IMG/VR virus record: IMGVR_UViG_2703718819_000006
DNA from: a virus
Taxonomy: Duplodnaviria > Heunggongvirae > Uroviricota > Caudoviricetes
DNA length: 64,000 bases
Reading direction: 5' to 3' (one strand)
Made by a program: the position numbers and the translations under genes
The notes under the pieces: model-generated
Databases searched by the model: none
Told to the model about the DNA's origin: nothing
The model's input: the letters and a program-made list of their open reading frames with translations, nothing else
In this document: positions 28,461 through 38,053 of the stretch, one piece after another
Layout: the number at the start of each line of letters is the position of its first letter
Numbering within the stretch: position 1 is the stretch's first letter

Positions 28461-29561
28461 ATGAGCGAGTCCAAATCGCCGGATGCCCTGAGAGCAATGG
28501 TAGCCGGTACGCTGGCTAATTTTCAGCACCCAACCCTGAAACACAACCTGACTACGCTTAAAGCGTTACACCATGTTGCGTTGATGGATGACACACTGCA
28601 TGTCGAACTAATCATGCCTTTCGTGTGGAATAAGCCTTTTGAAGACCTGAAAGAGCAATGTAGTGGTGATCTGCTCCGTATCACTGGCGCAAAGGCTATT
28701 GACTGGAAGCTGTCGTACAACATTGCCACGCTTAAGCGCGTCAAAAACCAACCAGGCATTAATGGCGTTAAGAACATTATCGCCGTCAGCTCAGGCAAGG
28801 GCGGCGTGGGTAAATCCTCCACGGCGGTAAACCTGGCACTGGCGTTGGCTGCTGAAGGTGCGAAAGTTGGTATTTTGGATGCCGATATCTATGGTCCATC
28901 AATTCCAACCATGCTGGGCGCGGAAAACCAACGTCCAACCTCACCTGATGGTACTCACATGGCACCTATCATGTCTCATGGCCTGGCAACCAACTCTATT
29001 GGTTATCTGGTCACCGACGACAATGCAATGGTGTGGCGTGGACCGATGGCAAGCAAGGCGCTGATGCAGATGTTGCAGGAAACTCTATGGCCTGATCTGG
29101 ACTATCTTGTTCTCGATATGCCGCCGGGCACTGGTGATATTCAGTTGACGCTGGCGCAGAACATTCCTGTAACTGGTGCTGTTGTGGTAACTACGCCGCA
29201 AGACATCGCGCTGATCGATGCGAAGAAAGGCATTGTGATGTTCGAAAAAGTCGAAGTGCCGGTACTGGGTATCGTCGAAAACATGAGTGTGCATATTTGC
29301 AGTAACTGCGGTCATCACGAGCCAATTTTTGGCACCGGTGGCGCAGAGAAACTGGCCGAGAAATACAACACGCAGTTGTTAGGCCAAATGCCACTTCATA
29401 TCTCACTTCGTGAAGATCTGGATAACGGAACACCAACCGTTATTAGTCGTCCAGATAGTGAATTTACGGCTATTTATCGTGACCTCGCAGATCGCGTTGC
29501 TGCCCAAATGTATTGGCAAGGTGAAGTAATACCTGGCGAAATCGCATTCCGCGCAGTGTGA
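28461..29561 (+). CDS. apbC: Fe-S cluster carrier ATPase ApbC/Mrp
   Basis: 366 aa; deviant Walker A SGKGGVGKS, CxxC (CSNCGH); divergent from metG as in enterobacterial chromosomes. Confidence 0.9.
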   Translation: MSESKSPDALRAMVAGTLANFQHPTLKHNLTTLKALHHVALMDDTLHVELIMPFVWNKPFEDLKEQCSGDLLRITGAKAIDWKLSYNIATLKRVKNQPGINGVKNIIAVSSGKGGVGKSSTAVNLALALAAEGAKVGILDADIYGPSIPTMLGAENQRPTSPDGTHMAPIMSHGLATNSIGYLVTDDNAMVWRGPMASKALMQMLQETLWPDLDYLVLDMPPGTGDIQLTLAQNIPVTGAVVVTTPQDIALIDAKKGIVMFEKVEVPVLGIVENMSVHICSNCGHHEPIFGTGGAEKLAEKYNTQLLGQMPLHISLREDLDNGTPTVISRPDSEFTAIYRDLADRVAAQMYWQGEVIPGEIAFRAV

Positions 29562-29564
29562 TAA

Positions 29565-29590
29565 AAAGGTGGTGCATTGCACCACCTAAA
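29565..29590 (-). terminator. hairpin AGGTGGTGCATTGCACCACCT with A/T-run
   Basis: Lies 5 bp after apbC stop and 10 bp after UmuD'-like gene stop; T-run is on minus strand. Confidence 0.45.
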
Positions 29591-29598
29591 CAGTTCTC

Positions 29599-29988
29599 CT
29601 ACATCACAGGACAATCATCAAACTCGCCACTTCTTGCGTCGTTGATAATGTGAGTGATCACACCAAACACGGCATTGCTGCCCGTGCATCCATCGTCATC
29701 CTTTGGCAATGCTTCCTTCTTACCAGTTCTTAAATCCTCCAGATGCTGACGTGGATACTTCCGGTATCTTTTTACGCGATATTCCCCATCCAGAGCGCAT
29801 ACAAGCAGAGAACCATCAACCGGGGTAAGTGAGGAATCGACCACCAGCAATGCGCCCTGCAATATTCCCTCACGATGATGGCTGTCAGCCGCTCTCATGA
29901 AGTAGGTCGCTGAAGGATGTCTAATTATCTGCTGATCAAGAGAAATACGGCTCTCAGCATAATCCGCCGCAGGAGAAGGGAAGCCCAT
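29599..29988 (-). CDS. UmuD'-like peptidase S24 family protein (pre-truncated form, HumD-like)
   Basis: 129 aa; begins GFPSPAADY... which aligns to the start of mature UmuD' (after the Cys-Gly self-cleavage site) as I recall E. coli UmuD; Ser (ADSH) and Lys (RVKR) positions retained. Confidence 0.7.
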   Translation of the reverse strand: MGFPSPAADYAESRISLDQQIIRHPSATYFMRAADSHHREGILQGALLVVDSSLTPVDGSLLVCALDGEYRVKRYRKYPRQHLEDLRTGKKEALPKDDDGCTGSNAVFGVITHIINDARSGEFDDCPVM

Positions 29989-30107
29989 AGCGTTTTGCCC
30001 TCAATACTGTTCATTTATACAGTATACATGAAAGAAGCTCACTAAGTGCAACTGATCGGTACATAGCACCAGACAAATGAACGTTATTTTCTCGAACAAG
30101 AAAAGGT

Positions 30108-30144
30108 AGAAAACAAATTGTTTAAGGCCACAACTAGTGGCCTT
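30108..30144. promoter_or_regulatory. family-1 motif AGAAAACAAATTGTTT fused to hairpin AAGGCCACAACTAGTGGCCTT
   Basis: Upstream of 29988 start; same composite element at 34379-34416. Confidence 0.5.
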
Positions 30145-30160
30145 AATGGAGAAGGGATGC

Positions 30161-30685
30161 TTATTGGCTATGGCTAAAAATCAAATGAGACACTTCATTT
30201 GGTTGTAGCTCGTCAAGATCCGGGGCCACAAAACCTTTTCCGAAAGACTTCACAAGTGATTCACCAGCCGCATCATTGTCACCTATTACGCGAAAGTCAT
30301 ACGGCAGCATTGCCAGTTGACGACGTAATCCTGCTGAGAAAGTCGAACCTAACAGCGCCCACGAATTTCCGCCCGCGTTGTGCACTGCTGCACTTTTAAA
30401 AATCGACTCAGTTATCCATATCGGTCCATCTTTTAAAGGAAGATAGGTTCCCCATAGTAGCTGTCTGCCGTGCGCTCGTGTGAAATACCGGGCCATCTTC
30501 GGATTGCTATGCTGCTTAGGAGCGCCTGGTCTGTATGTCTGATACCCGGCCAACATCCCATCAAACCTGTATAGAGGGAATGTAACAACTCCTTCGCTTT
30601 CATCGATCCACTGTCTATATGGATGCACATCATGGCGGTAGTTACGAGTTAGCAAATGAGCTTCCAGCTTTCCAAATTTAGTCAT
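30161..30685 (-). CDS. hypothetical protein, possible Toprim-like motif (VIGDNDAAGE); start at MTKFGK
   Basis: Internal ATG at 30685 avoids overlap with upstream gene. Confidence 0.35.
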   Translation of the reverse strand: MTKFGKLEAHLLTRNYRHDVHPYRQWIDESEGVVTFPLYRFDGMLAGYQTYRPGAPKQHSNPKMARYFTRAHGRQLLWGTYLPLKDGPIWITESIFKSAAVHNAGGNSWALLGSTFSAGLRRQLAMLPYDFRVIGDNDAAGESLVKSFGKGFVAPDLDELQPNEVSHLIFSHSQ

Positions 30686-30698
30686 AACTTCGCATCCC

Positions 30699-31514
30699 TC
30701 ATAACACTTCCCATTTATCACCATATTTCTCCATAGCTCTTAGCCAATAAACATGGCCACTAGGCATAGTGATGTGAGGCTCGCCAAACTCTTCTCCATG
30801 TACATCAAAGATGTCCCCAACAGAAAATTGGGGGATTTCTGTTCCGTTTTCACCTATATGTGTAATTCGTATACGTTTCGGTTGGGATTGTCCACCTTTG
30901 AGCGAGTTGTTCACTGCTCTGGCAATTTTCTCCCGCAATTGCTGCGTTCCGTGATACGTAACCGCAATATCCCGCAACTCGTTCACTAGTTCTCGAATTT
31001 GGTGATCTTTAAGCTCATTATTTGGGTGATTGGTAACAACTCTGGTTAATTCACCCTTGTCTTTTGCTCTTACGTATGCAGCTCTTGTGCATTCGACCCA
31101 TGTATTACCGCCTACATTAACTTCGTAGATTAGGCTGGACTTATCTGTCAATTCGGAACAAATACGGGCCGTGGTCTGGCAACTAGAGCATTCGCAGTTA
31201 TCGCGGAAACCGTGATCTACCGGTCGAGAAAGAGGTTTAACTTTTTCATCCAACTTCATCACAGCATCGTGATAAGCGTTCCAGCCGTCATCTTTACCAA
31301 GTTGATAAATCTCTGAAGGCTCCATGTAGTCTATATCGCAACCTTCTTCATCCGATCTATCTGGTCGCTTCCCTGGTAATCGCTCATAAAAACGATTTCT
31401 GTCTCGACGTTCGGCTCTCAGTGCTAACGCAAGAAGTTGCTCAAGCGAGGTATTTGCACCAGCAATAATTTCATTGAGAATATCTTCTGTGAGATCTTTC
31501 GCTACCGTGCTCAT
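30699..31514 (-). CDS. hypothetical protein
   Basis: 271 aa ORF. Confidence 0.4.
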   Translation of the reverse strand: MSTVAKDLTEDILNEIIAGANTSLEQLLALALRAERRDRNRFYERLPGKRPDRSDEEGCDIDYMEPSEIYQLGKDDGWNAYHDAVMKLDEKVKPLSRPVDHGFRDNCECSSCQTTARICSELTDKSSLIYEVNVGGNTWVECTRAAYVRAKDKGELTRVVTNHPNNELKDHQIRELVNELRDIAVTYHGTQQLREKIARAVNNSLKGGQSQPKRIRITHIGENGTEIPQFSVGDIFDVHGEEFGEPHITMPSGHVYWLRAMEKYGDKWEVL

Positions 31515-31894
31515 TTATCTCTCTCAGTATGTTGCGATGGCGTAAATTTGACGACATCAAATATTTTGGATGGCATCAACTTTATCCGCGAGCTTAGTTC
31601 GGCTCTTCTCTGTAATGCGGTTAATAATGTTTTCGTTCTGACGCCTTCGTGTATCCTCATCCCTGGCACAAGAACTACATCGCAGGGGAGATGCTCAGGT
31701 GACAAATCATTTTGGGCATCGCTAATCAGTCGTGTAATCTCTCTTTCAAGCCGACCGCCTAGCTCTGTTTTAGTGCAATGTTCTGACCAATCGCCAGCCT
31801 CAAGCAGCGCGAGAATGCTTAAAATATCGTCCAATAGATCAGTGGTATTATCGACTTCCTTCTGAAACTCACCGGCTACTGATTTATGCATCAT
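31511..31894 (-). CDS. hypothetical protein
   Basis: 127 aa ORF, overlapping stop/start. Confidence 0.4.
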   Translation of the reverse strand: MMHKSVAGEFQKEVDNTTDLLDDILSILALLEAGDWSEHCTKTELGGRLEREITRLISDAQNDLSPEHLPCDVVLVPGMRIHEGVRTKTLLTALQRRAELSSRIKLMPSKIFDVVKFTPSQHTERDK

Positions 31895-32544
31895 TCGTCA
31901 TCCTCATCCGAGTCATCCTCATCACAGGATGAGAGTAGTGGGTTAGTCATTCGCCCTACTTGAGTGGCGTAGCCACGCCGACAGAGATTGCGCAGCACAC
32001 TGTATATTTCGAACATCTCGGTTCGTTCATCGCCAACATCAAGCTCAGATGCTATAGCGTGGCATTCAGTCGCGAGAGCCGATATTTTCTGAAATAACTC
32101 TGCATTATTCACTGTTCGACTCCTGCGGCGTTCTGGTAGTGGCATCCAGTGTGTGACATTGCTAATCAGACCATATTCATTAGTTTGAGGATGGTTGCCG
32201 TTATCGTCTCCGTATTTAAGACTCTCCATAAAGCCATAATGCCTATCACCATTAACGCTCACAAAGCCGTAATAAGCAGGTATAACGCCGATCTCACACG
32301 TAACCAGTAAAGGAAAACTAGTTCTCCAATTTAGCTCGCCAATTACAGGCATTCGCTCACTACAGCTTATCCAACCATCCTTAGTTGCTGCTGTATTGGC
32401 ATAGGCCTTACGGTGCTTCTGTAGCTCTGCTGCAATCGCTCTCACGACTTCAACTGGTGCCCTTGCAGCAAACTCAATGTTGGTGATCAGCTCATTAAGA
32501 TATTTCTCGCTTGGGTAGCATTTCTTATTGTTAACGGTGGTCAT
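31891..32544 (-). CDS. hypothetical protein with poly-acidic C-terminus
   Basis: 217 aa; ends DEDDSDEDDE. Confidence 0.4.
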   Translation of the reverse strand: MTTVNNKKCYPSEKYLNELITNIEFAARAPVEVVRAIAAELQKHRKAYANTAATKDGWISCSERMPVIGELNWRTSFPLLVTCEIGVIPAYYGFVSVNGDRHYGFMESLKYGDDNGNHPQTNEYGLISNVTHWMPLPERRRSRTVNNAELFQKISALATECHAIASELDVGDERTEMFEIYSVLRNLCRRGYATQVGRMTNPLLSSCDEDDSDEDDE

Positions 32545-32765
32545 TAGATAGCTCTCTCAACAACAAGCAATTCGTCGTAGTCATAATCCGTTTCGGAACC
32601 ATCTGTACCGAACAGAGTCACTTTGTCACCTTCCATCCAGAAAGATTTAACCGCACATCGTTTGCCTTTAGATGTTATGACCACATCACCTGGGATTACA
32701 TCTTCAGCGCGAACTTCTACTGTTCTCATCATGCTGACCCTCTTTGGTGAAAACGCCTGATGCAA
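32544..32765 (-). CDS. hypothetical small protein
   Basis: 73 aa. Confidence 0.3.
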   Translation of the reverse strand: MHQAFSPKRVSMMRTVEVRAEDVIPGDVVITSKGKRCAVKSFWMEGDKVTLFGTDGSETDYDYDELLVVERAI

Positions 32766-33147
32766 TACTGTTTATGATGCTGTCAGTACAGGGAGTAGAA
32801 AGCTGGGCATCTCCAGCTATTTTCATGACTTCGACATCCGCATATCGAATACCGAGGTGTATCAGACCTGCTATACCTGACTTAAGTCGAACATTTTCCA
32901 TAAACAGATCCTTTTCCCGCTGTTTAACGGTCTCCAGCTCAACACGCAACTTCTCAATTTCGGCAGCCATGTAGTAACCAACCATAGCGAAAGTGGCGAA
33001 AGGGTAGTCAGAATCATCAGGAGATACGGAGGCCATTAGCAGACCATCGTGCATGTTCTGGCTTCCATCAGTGATGGATACCGCATAAGAATCGCTGGTT
33101 TCCCGTTTATACAATACGACGACCGGGTTCTTGATTTTCTCTCTCAT
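32704..33147 (-). CDS. hypothetical protein
   Basis: 147 aa. Confidence 0.35.
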   Translation of the reverse strand: MREKIKNPVVVLYKRETSDSYAVSITDGSQNMHDGLLMASVSPDDSDYPFATFAMVGYYMAAEIEKLRVELETVKQREKDLFMENVRLKSGIAGLIHLGIRYADVEVMKIAGDAQLSTPCTDSIINSIASGVFTKEGQHDENSRSSR

Positions 33148-33701
33148 TACGATGCCTCTAACTTGTCTAACTCTTTCAGCCCTTCACGTACCGCGTTCAC
33201 AATGCGTTCCAGATACTGGTATTTCGGGTTTGGTACCGTTGGCCAGTCGGCATACCACGGATCATCACCAAAGAGATTCAGCAGTTTGTTACCGACGCCG
33301 AAACAACAGCAGCTTTCTTTTACGTCATCGGCGTTTTCCGCCTCGTCCCACATTTCACGAGCCAGTACGGCGTCGATTTCTCTCTCTCTTCGTAACTTTA
33401 TGATTTCTGACTTCACGAAAAGCAGATTTGCATCGTTGTCATCGTCGACCGTGCTTAGCAGTTGAGGGTCGAAATTGTCGATTAGATAATCGTTGCTAAC
33501 TCGCTTAATGAACGTCTGCACATCATCACCGCCCATAGCAAACCAAGCCGCAGTCCACGCTTTTCCGTAGCAGGTGATGGTGATTCTTCCCTTACCAGGT
33601 TCGTAGTTTTCAATCATCACTCGAACCGGATCGAGACGCTCCAGCTCTGTCAACACAAAGGAAAGAACATCTATTTTTTCTACCTTCATGCAGCCTCCCA
33701 C
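33147..33701 (-). CDS. hypothetical protein
   Basis: 184 aa. Confidence 0.4.
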   Translation of the reverse strand: MGGCMKVEKIDVLSFVLTELERLDPVRVMIENYEPGKGRITITCYGKAWTAAWFAMGGDDVQTFIKRVSNDYLIDNFDPQLLSTVDDDNDANLLFVKSEIIKLRREREIDAVLAREMWDEAENADDVKESCCCFGVGNKLLNLFGDDPWYADWPTVPNPKYQYLERIVNAVREGLKELDKLEAS

Positions 33702-34327
33702 GCGCTCCAGATCAGCGATTTGTGTTTTTCATAACGTTTGATGTGTACCGGTTTCAGAAGCGCAATACCTTCAGTGACTTTCGCCTTTGCGCTTAATAAC
33801 AACGGGTGTTCTATACCTATCCTCTCCATGTACTCGACAACATCAGCGTTGGCACCAATCTCCTTCCCGTTAAAAAGTACGTCCAGCATCAGCTCTTTCT
33901 CTGCAAGGTAGATAGCTGAAAACTCAGGATCGCGACTCACGATAGAAGAGGTATTGTCGAGCAGGTCAGCCAGCTTGATCATGCGCGTCTGCATGTCGAG
34001 ATTTTGCTCCAGCTCCCGGACATTGATGATGAAACGCTGTATTCGATTGCCGTCTTCTGGCCTTGCAATGTTGGTCAGAGCCTGAACCATTTCAGCTACG
34101 TGATCACCGAAGTGATCACGAACCATCTCTATGGTTACATGGGTGTCTTCGACCACATCATGCAGAAGCGCCGCGATTTGCATCTCCACGGTTCCGTCAT
34201 GCAATGCAACAATCTCTCGGACAGCAACCGGGTGGTTGATGTAGTTTTCGCCGGTATATTTTCTTTTCTGACCAACGCCACCATGAGCGCCAGCGGCGAA
34301 CATATGTGCTTCGGAAATACTAGACAT
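33686..34327 (-). CDS. HD-domain phosphohydrolase, RelA/SpoT-type small alarmone hydrolase-like
   Basis: 213 aa; HPVAV...ALLHDVVEDT motif characteristic of (p)ppGpp hydrolase HD domains. Confidence 0.6.
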   Translation of the reverse strand: MSSISEAHMFAAGAHGGVGQKRKYTGENYINHPVAVREIVALHDGTVEMQIAALLHDVVEDTHVTIEMVRDHFGDHVAEMVQALTNIARPEDGNRIQRFIINVRELEQNLDMQTRMIKLADLLDNTSSIVSRDPEFSAIYLAEKELMLDVLFNGKEIGANADVVEYMERIGIEHPLLLSAKAKVTEGIALLKPVHIKRYEKHKSLIWSAWEAA

Positions 34328-34378
34328 TCTTAACTCCGTTGTTTTCTAGTTGTGGTTATTTTCACAAATAAGAAAAGG

Positions 34379-34416
34379 CAGAAAACAATTTATTTAAGGC
34401 CACAACTTATGGCCTT
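34379..34416. promoter_or_regulatory. family-1 motif AGAAAACAATTTATTT fused to hairpin AAGGCCACAACTTATGGCCTT
   Basis: Upstream of 34327 start. Confidence 0.45.
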
Positions 34417-34446
34417 TATTTATTCACGCAGAAGGATTTGTAGCGT

Positions 34447-34827
34447 CTAATTGCCGGATAAAATGGGGTGAGGTGCTTGCCAGTAGGCTCCACCGTTCCA
34501 TGTGAATCCCATGCGAATAAGAGTGTTTATTGCGGCTTTGGTAGACTCAGATTCGACACTGGCTTTTCGAAACTCTTGAACCTCTTTCGCCAACTTGTAT
34601 GTAATTGTGCTGGGGACGATTGCAGCCCAGCCTTTCTCATGACTGTTAATGACCATCTGGATGTGACCATCCAGAATAGGTTGATTAGGCATGTTATTGA
34701 AAATGTCTGCCTGTTTTTGAATGTGAAGAAAAAGCCTTGCCAGCTCCATTTGCTCACTACGAGACAAGGGATTATCAAGAGGGCTTTTTGCAAAAGCGGC
34801 TATACGCTGTGCGTCAATGCCAAACAT
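34447..34827 (-). CDS. hypothetical protein
   Basis: 126 aa. Confidence 0.4.
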   Translation of the reverse strand: MFGIDAQRIAAFAKSPLDNPLSRSEQMELARLFLHIQKQADIFNNMPNQPILDGHIQMVINSHEKGWAAIVPSTITYKLAKEVQEFRKASVESESTKAAINTLIRMGFTWNGGAYWQAPHPILSGN

Positions 34828-35531
34828 CAGCGCACCTCACCATCTTTATGGCTGGAGCTAACTTCCGCCATTAAATGTCTGACGTAATCGACAAGAGAGC
34901 CACCTGGTGGAATCTGGCATTCCTCAACTAACTGGAAGTAGATATCCGCTGCATTACGTGTATTGCTACCCGCACATATTCTTTCTTCCCGAAGTGCATG
35001 AAGCTCGTTGATCAAACGGTCACACTCTCCGTTACGCTGATCCACAACGGCCTCAAGCTCTGCGACGCGTTCACCTGGCGTCTTACCTTCTTTGCGTTGG
35101 ATGGTAACGACGAAATCGCCAATTGCAGGGGCGTTGTAATCCAGCTCAAGGTAGTTTTTGGCACCGCTGCGGACGAACTCACCCGCGAACATGGTGGCGA
35201 ACATCGCAGAGGCCACTTCGCCGTTGAAAAGTGACTCCAGATCTAACGGAGTCCCGGCATCAAGAGCCTCTTTTGCTGTATCCATTGCATCCATGAACCG
35301 ATCAAACTCATTGGCGCGCTTTTCCAGGTTTTTCCATTGCTCGCTCCAACGTTTGGCAACGAAGTCTATGAATGTTTTCGCGGATTCATCAAAATTCCCC
35401 TCAAACTTAACGATGCCTTTATCAATAATGATCTGGCCTACCGCATCCTCTGCATAACCTTTCAATGTAAACTTGAAAGGAAAATCAGAATGGCCTGTGA
35501 CGTTAAAATGCTCTAACTGGAGGTTGTTCAT
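34827..35531 (-). CDS. hypothetical protein
   Basis: 234 aa. Confidence 0.4.
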   Translation of the reverse strand: MNNLQLEHFNVTGHSDFPFKFTLKGYAEDAVGQIIIDKGIVKFEGNFDESAKTFIDFVAKRWSEQWKNLEKRANEFDRFMDAMDTAKEALDAGTPLDLESLFNGEVASAMFATMFAGEFVRSGAKNYLELDYNAPAIGDFVVTIQRKEGKTPGERVAELEAVVDQRNGECDRLINELHALREERICAGSNTRNAADIYFQLVEECQIPPGGSLVDYVRHLMAEVSSSHKDGEVR

Positions 35532-35575
35532 GTGTTTTTCTCTTATCGTTTAGTAACTACATTCTTACACAAATT

Positions 35576-35595
35576 AGGTAAGTATTTACCTATCA
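35576..35595. promoter_or_regulatory. family-2 palindrome TAGGTAAGTATTTACCTATC
   Basis: In gap upstream of 35531 start. Confidence 0.45.
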
Positions 35596-37278
35596 TTTAA
35601 CGCGTTTGAAAACGTATACGCTGACTGTGATCCCTGTGTCTTCAAACTCGTTGGTAAACGACTTCCCTCTGGCATAAACGTAATTATCCATCGTCATCCA
35701 GTCCAGTATTGGCGCAGTGCCCGGCAATACTGCTACAAGACGCCCGCCGACTTTCAGATGCCCCAGCGCAGCCAGCGTGTGCTCTCTATGACGACCAAGC
35801 GAGTACGGCGGGTTCATAACGATTTTGTCGAACTGATAACCTACGTTGTCCTCAGACCACTTTATGAAGTCGCAGCAAATCGTGTTCGTATACCCTTTTC
35901 CGCGCAGGATATCAGCGAAGAGAGGTGCGATTTCTATGCAGGTAACATCTTCCAGATCGGCGTTGATATAGGCCAGAAGATCCCCACGTCCGGCTTGAGG
36001 CTCCAGCAGCTTCTCACCAGGCTTCAATTCAGTGGCTCTGGCAACGTACTCAGCAATCAAGCGTGGGGTAGGGTAGAACTGGTGTGATTTTGTATCCGGT
36101 ATTAATCCGGTAGCCACAATCGTATTTAGCGTATGGCCGATCTCATACGGGAACTGCCAGTGCTTTTTCTCCTGCACGCCGCCAATGAAGCTCAGTGTGC
36201 GCTCAAGCTCTTCCACCTGCGACTTCTGGAGAGCTGAATCAGAGAAGTACCATACGCCTTTGTCTTTGCTTAATCGCCCGTCACGAAGCGCAGTGCGAAC
36301 CGGCACGGAGATCGTCTTCTGGATTAACCCGAACTGCTTTGGTGCCCGTGTTTTTGGCGCGGTGCGACATGGCGCGGGGATTGCAGCAGGCATACTGTAA
36401 GCCAGCACCTCATTCAACTTCCAGGCCACGTCAGGATGTATTTCAAAGTGAACGTTGCCGTTCTTGAACATCTTCACGCGCATTAGATTTCCATCGACGT
36501 TCATCCAGTCACCGGTCTGGCAGTCGTTTGCCCGATACGCAGCTGATAGCACCTCAGCAGTGCGGTTGATGGTAATAAATTCTTTGTGCGCGAAGAAATG
36601 AAGCAAGACACGCAGATCGTCGATATAGTCCTCTTTGCGATAGTTCACACTAACGCTGTCCCGCCAGAAATCAGAAATGCAGTCAGCGATTATCAGACGT
36701 TCGCTGAAACCGTTTGTCTTATTTGTCTTGTGCGCAGGACTCAGCGCCTTAAACAAGCCATACACGCGCTCAGAGAGATATTTGTGCCTGTCATTCAGCA
36801 AATTAAGCATCGTGGGTATGACCGTTTCTGCTTTGAACTCCGGTACACCAACGAACTCTTTAACCTTCATCTGGTAGCCGGTTCTGTCAGTTTTGATGAC
36901 TTCCTGTTTGCCCTCTATAAACTGCTCGCGCCACTCATCTCGACGGGAAGCTGGCATGATCAGCAAAACGTTAGTCATGTCCGTGACCTTCCTCCAGTAC
37001 TCGGCCCAAATATTCTGTTTCACCCATTCCAGATCGACTTTATCCAACCAACCTCGATTTAAACGCGAGCGATCTTCATCTGGTCGATGGTTTAGTCTCA
37101 GCAGGCGATTAATCATGTTGTGGCGTTCGTCGCCATAAACGAAGTCGTGTACCTGATACATGAAGGCGATCTCTTTCTCGCACTCGGCCACAATTTCGTG
37201 GATGACGTTCATTTCCTGCCGATAGTCGATAGCAGTGTTTGAGTTGGCATCGTCGATGATGGAAAGGGCTGTATTCAT
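35593..37278 (-). CDS. N6-adenine DNA methyltransferase with large N-terminal domain of unknown function
   Basis: 561 aa; C-terminal FYPTP...EPQAGRGDLL...NPPYS motifs (SAM-binding and catalytic NPPY). Confidence 0.6.
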   Translation of the reverse strand: MNTALSIIDDANSNTAIDYRQEMNVIHEIVAECEKEIAFMYQVHDFVYGDERHNMINRLLRLNHRPDEDRSRLNRGWLDKVDLEWVKQNIWAEYWRKVTDMTNVLLIMPASRRDEWREQFIEGKQEVIKTDRTGYQMKVKEFVGVPEFKAETVIPTMLNLLNDRHKYLSERVYGLFKALSPAHKTNKTNGFSERLIIADCISDFWRDSVSVNYRKEDYIDDLRVLLHFFAHKEFITINRTAEVLSAAYRANDCQTGDWMNVDGNLMRVKMFKNGNVHFEIHPDVAWKLNEVLAYSMPAAIPAPCRTAPKTRAPKQFGLIQKTISVPVRTALRDGRLSKDKGVWYFSDSALQKSQVEELERTLSFIGGVQEKKHWQFPYEIGHTLNTIVATGLIPDTKSHQFYPTPRLIAEYVARATELKPGEKLLEPQAGRGDLLAYINADLEDVTCIEIAPLFADILRGKGYTNTICCDFIKWSEDNVGYQFDKIVMNPPYSLGRHREHTLAALGHLKVGGRLVAVLPGTAPILDWMTMDNYVYARGKSFTNEFEDTGITVSVYVFKRVK

Positions 37279-37381
37279 AATTGCACCATTAAGAAGTGAT
37301 TTGTTTAATGGTGCAATTATTTCAAAAATGAAAAGGTACTAAATAGAAATAAACAGGCAATCCTTCAAATAAAGGCATTGG

Positions 37382-38053
37382 CTAATCATACTTGGAGGTA
37401 TTTATCACCAGAATTTTGTTTGTATAAATCTTCTTAATATCCCATGTGACATTACCGGAATACCATTGACCGTTATATACTTGGTTTCCAGTTGCACCTG
37501 TCATTGTTACATAGACAGGTCTGTCGTAATCGGTTCGTCTATAGTTATATACCCCAACCATAGCAGGCATTACCGCACATGGATACCCCATATCTATTGT
37601 AAATTGAGGGTCAGAAATAGTGATAAGTTTCGCATCAAGGGGCATCATCTCACCGTGATACACCATTGCGCCTGCGCTGTTATACATGGCAATGCCATAG
37701 CCAGAATGTGGTAACACCATATCAGAAAAAGCATAAACTGTTATTGTTCCGGGGCTACCATTTACCTGATGCAATCTGAGAGCATTGTATCCGTTACTAT
37801 GCTCATGAATAAACATCATGTTCGCCTTATTACTGCTTTTTATGAAGAAAAAGCATGATTTGTTTGATGGGATTGATGTTTGAAAAACAGAACCTTTAGA
37901 TGTAGACATTGTCCCTTTATTAATCAGATTTTGCGGAGTAAATTCTGGACTCATCCACAAACTTCCATCTGATTGAGTAATTGACATCCCGAACATAATT
38001 ATCCCCAGTATGTGTATATGTAAGAACCAAGCCCCGTATATAAATTTGACCAA
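37382..38053 (-). CDS. hypothetical exported/membrane protein, AT-rich gene
   Basis: 223 aa; hydrophobic N-terminus; visibly AT-rich codon usage versus neighbours. Confidence 0.4.
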   Translation of the reverse strand: MVKFIYGAWFLHIHILGIIMFGMSITQSDGSLWMSPEFTPQNLINKGTMSTSKGSVFQTSIPSNKSCFFFIKSSNKANMMFIHEHSNGYNALRLHQVNGSPGTITVYAFSDMVLPHSGYGIAMYNSAGAMVYHGEMMPLDAKLITISDPQFTIDMGYPCAVMPAMVGVYNYRRTDYDRPVYVTMTGATGNQVYNGQWYSGNVTWDIKKIYTNKILVINTSKYD

